In this document: in pieces, positions 62,117 to 64,000 of the stretch | How positions within the stretch are numbered: the first letter of the stretch is position 1 | Layout of the letters: every line of letters begins with the position of its first letter | Source: Candidatus Aminicenantes bacterium | GTDB lineage: Bacteria; Acidobacteriota; Aminicenantia; UBA2199 | Reading direction: 5' to 3' | Assembly: GCA_018262835.1 (NCBI GenBank) | Contig: JADFDP010000003.1 | Location: 4,157-68,156, forward strand | Length of the DNA: 64,000 nt | Position numbers and translations under genes: made by a program | The notes under the pieces: model-generated | Seen by the model: only the letters and a program-made list of their open reading frames with translations | Told to the model about the DNA's origin: nothing | Database searches by the model: none

Positions 62117-63436
62117 GTGAAGCCGCCCCGCCCCGCCGGGTTTTCCTCTTACCAGCGGCTGAGTCTGAAAACCCTGGAATTCGCCTTGAGCGAAGTCCCG
62201 GGCTACGCCGCCTGGCGGCGCTTTGACCCCGGAGCCGCGGCTTCCGTGGACGACCGCTATGCGGCGCTGCCGGCGCTCAGCAAGCGGGAGTTGCGCGAGC
62301 ATTTTCCCGCCGGATTCGTTCCCAGCCAGCGCGAGCTGGGCCCGGGCCTTGCCGCCGGCGAGGTCGAGTTCGCCCATACCAGCGGCAGCACCGAGGACCG
62401 GGTGGCGCTGGTCTTCAACCCGGCCTGGTGGGAGGCGTCGGAGCGCGCCGCCTGGGGGCTCAACCGGCATGCCCGCCGCGTGGCCGACGGCCGCCACCGC
62501 GAGGTCGTCCTGGCCTCGCCGCGCTGCGTCGGGCCGGGCTTCAGCGCCAAACCCCTGAGTGTGGCCGAGCGCACCATCGGCCGCCATCTCTATGTCAACC
62601 AGAAAATCAACCCGGCCACATGGAACGCCGCGGACATCCGGCGCATGGCCGCCGAGATCAACGCATACGGGCCGCTGGCCCTCGAGGGCGACCCGGCCTA
62701 CCTGGCGGCCTTTGCCCGCCGCGTCTGCGAATCGGGCATCGATATCTGCCAGCCGCGCCTGATCTTCCTGACCTACTCTTATCCCTCCCGGCTTTACCTG
62801 CGGCAGATCGGCAAGGTCTTTTCCGCCCCGCTGGTGAGTTCCTACGGCTCGACCGAGACCGGCCACGTGTTCATGGAGTGCGAGGCCGGGCGCCTGCACC
62901 AGAACAGCGAGCACTGCCGCGTCGATTTCGTGCCCTGGCTGTCCCGCCACGGCGGCCCCCGGCGCGGCCGACTGCTGGTCACGGTGTTTCGCAACCCCTG
63001 GTTCGTCGTGTTGCGTTTCGATATCGGCGACGTGGCCCGCCTGGACGACCGCGGCCCCTGCCCCTGTGGCCGCGGCGGCGGCATGGTCCTGGAAGCCATT
63101 GAAGGCCGGGCGGCCGACGTGACCTTCGGCCGCGAAGGCAATGCCGTCACCGTTGATGACCTGGATGCCGCCCTGGCGCCGATCGCGGGCATAATGGCCT
63201 GGCAGCTTGACTTGCCCGCGCCGGGAAACCTGCAGCTGCGGGTCATTTCCGAGCCCGGTCGTTCCCGCCCGGCCTGCCTCCAGGCCCGGGAACGGCTCAA
63301 GGAAATATACGGCGGCAAGGCGAAGATCGAAGCGATGACCGTGAAAGCGCTGCAGCACGAAGCCTCCGGCAAGTTCCGCTTCACGCGCCCGGCCTATCCC
63401 GTCGATCTTGCCGCCTTGTGGAGGAGCAAGAGATGA
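62117..63436 (+). CDS. PaaK/CapK/F390-synthetase-like adenylate-forming ligase
   Basis: 439 aa. AHTSGSTEDRV and SSYGSTETG motifs. There is no ATG near the 5' end, so GTG 62117 is assumed. Confidence 0.7.
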   Translation: MKPPRPAGFSSYQRLSLKTLEFALSEVPGYAAWRRFDPGAAASVDDRYAALPALSKRELREHFPAGFVPSQRELGPGLAAGEVEFAHTSGSTEDRVALVFNPAWWEASERAAWGLNRHARRVADGRHREVVLASPRCVGPGFSAKPLSVAERTIGRHLYVNQKINPATWNAADIRRMAAEINAYGPLALEGDPAYLAAFARRVCESGIDICQPRLIFLTYSYPSRLYLRQIGKVFSAPLVSSYGSTETGHVFMECEAGRLHQNSEHCRVDFVPWLSRHGGPRRGRLLVTVFRNPWFVVLRFDIGDVARLDDRGPCPCGRGGGMVLEAIEGRAADVTFGREGNAVTVDDLDAALAPIAGIMAWQLDLPAPGNLQLRVISEPGRSRPACLQARERLKEIYGGKAKIEAMTVKALQHEASGKFRFTRPAYPVDLAALWRSKR

Positions 63437-64000
63437 AAAAGATGACGGCCGATATTTTTCTTGTCGCCGGCGGCAGCGAGAGCCGCCGCCGGGGCGATCC
63501 GCTGCTGGCCGGGATCCTTGCCCGCATCGGCCAGGCCCGACCCGCCGTGGCTTACATCGGCGCCGCCAGCAATGACAACCGCGTCTTTTTCAAGTGGATT
63601 TCCTCCCTGCTGAAAAAAGCGGGCGCCGGCAGCGTGAGCCTGGCCGCGCTGGCTTCCCGTCGTGCCGATCGGGCCAAGGCCCGCCACTTGCTGCAGGGAG
63701 CCGACTTGATCTTTGTCAGCGGTGGAGATGTGGAAGCCGGCATGCGCGTCCTTGAGCAGACCGGCTTCGCCTCCCTGCTCAAGGAGCTCCATCAGGCCGG
63801 AAAACCGTTCATCGGACTCTCCGCCGGCAGCATCATGCTGGCGCAAAGCTGGGTGCGCTGGGCCGACGCCGCGGATGACGCCACGGCTGGCATATTCCCC
63901 TGCCTGGGCCTGGCCTCCTTGCTTTGCGATACCCATGCCGAGAAAGAGCAGTGGGAGGAACTCAAAACGCTGCTGCAATTGACCGGTGCCGCCGAAGGGT
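63433..64000 (+). CDS. Peptidase S51 (dipeptidase E/cyanophycinase-like) family protein, truncated by window edge
   Basis: Not in ORF track because it runs off the edge. MKKMTADIFLVAGGSE...VAYIGAASND...LIFVSGGDV...GKPFIGLSAGSIML (GxSAG nucleophile). ATGA overlap with the ligase stop. Confidence 0.75.
   Translation, partial: MKKMTADIFLVAGGSESRRRGDPLLAGILARIGQARPAVAYIGAASNDNRVFFKWISSLLKKAGAGSVSLAALASRRADRAKARHLLQGADLIFVSGGDVEAGMRVLEQTGFASLLKELHQAGKPFIGLSAGSIMLAQSWVRWADAADDATAGIFPCLGLASLLCDTHAEKEQWEELKTLLQLTGAAEG

Overview
GC-rich (about 60% by eye) bacterial chromosomal segment, densely coded with about 60 genes and no transposase, integrase, cas genes or rRNA. Lineage is inference only: probably an uncultured anaerobe, since the 43879 protein has an Acidobacteria-type VWFA-related N-terminus. 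Housekeeping blocks: hypC(partial)-hypF; rluD-lgt-lspA-ileS (minus); mscL; eno; a tRNA(CAT) directly upstream of tilS; fdhD-mobA. The main metabolic locus (28.6-40.9 kb) is an operon with two NuoE/NuoF-type flavoprotein modules. One NuoF is fused to a GltD/NfnB-like NADPH-FAD module. The operon also encodes a Cys-type molybdopterin formate dehydrogenase and FocA. It faces a divergent operon of desulforedoxin-ferritin-like fusion, DRTGG and CBS-HATPase genes. The most unusual signal is non-coding. At least 11 intergenic loci carry hairpin elements whose arms are degenerate tandem 7-nt repeats. Each locus uses a different heptamer word but shares one scaffold (CTTTYTT tract, TAGTTCG-like loop or tail). 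Other points: a near-consensus sigma-54 promoter preceded by three GTCCC-N5-GGRAC dyads spaced exactly 77 bp apart; a low-GC island (2.5-4.8 kb) with a DUF4143 ATPase and a frameshifted HNH endonuclease pseudogene; and several structured leaders. Many ORF-track starts are upstream alternative codons (GTG/TTG shown as M). Starts were re-set where an ATG with a Shine-Dalgarno sequence or family N-termini supported it. Long Ala/Gly/Arg-rich antisense ORFs are treated as GC artefacts.
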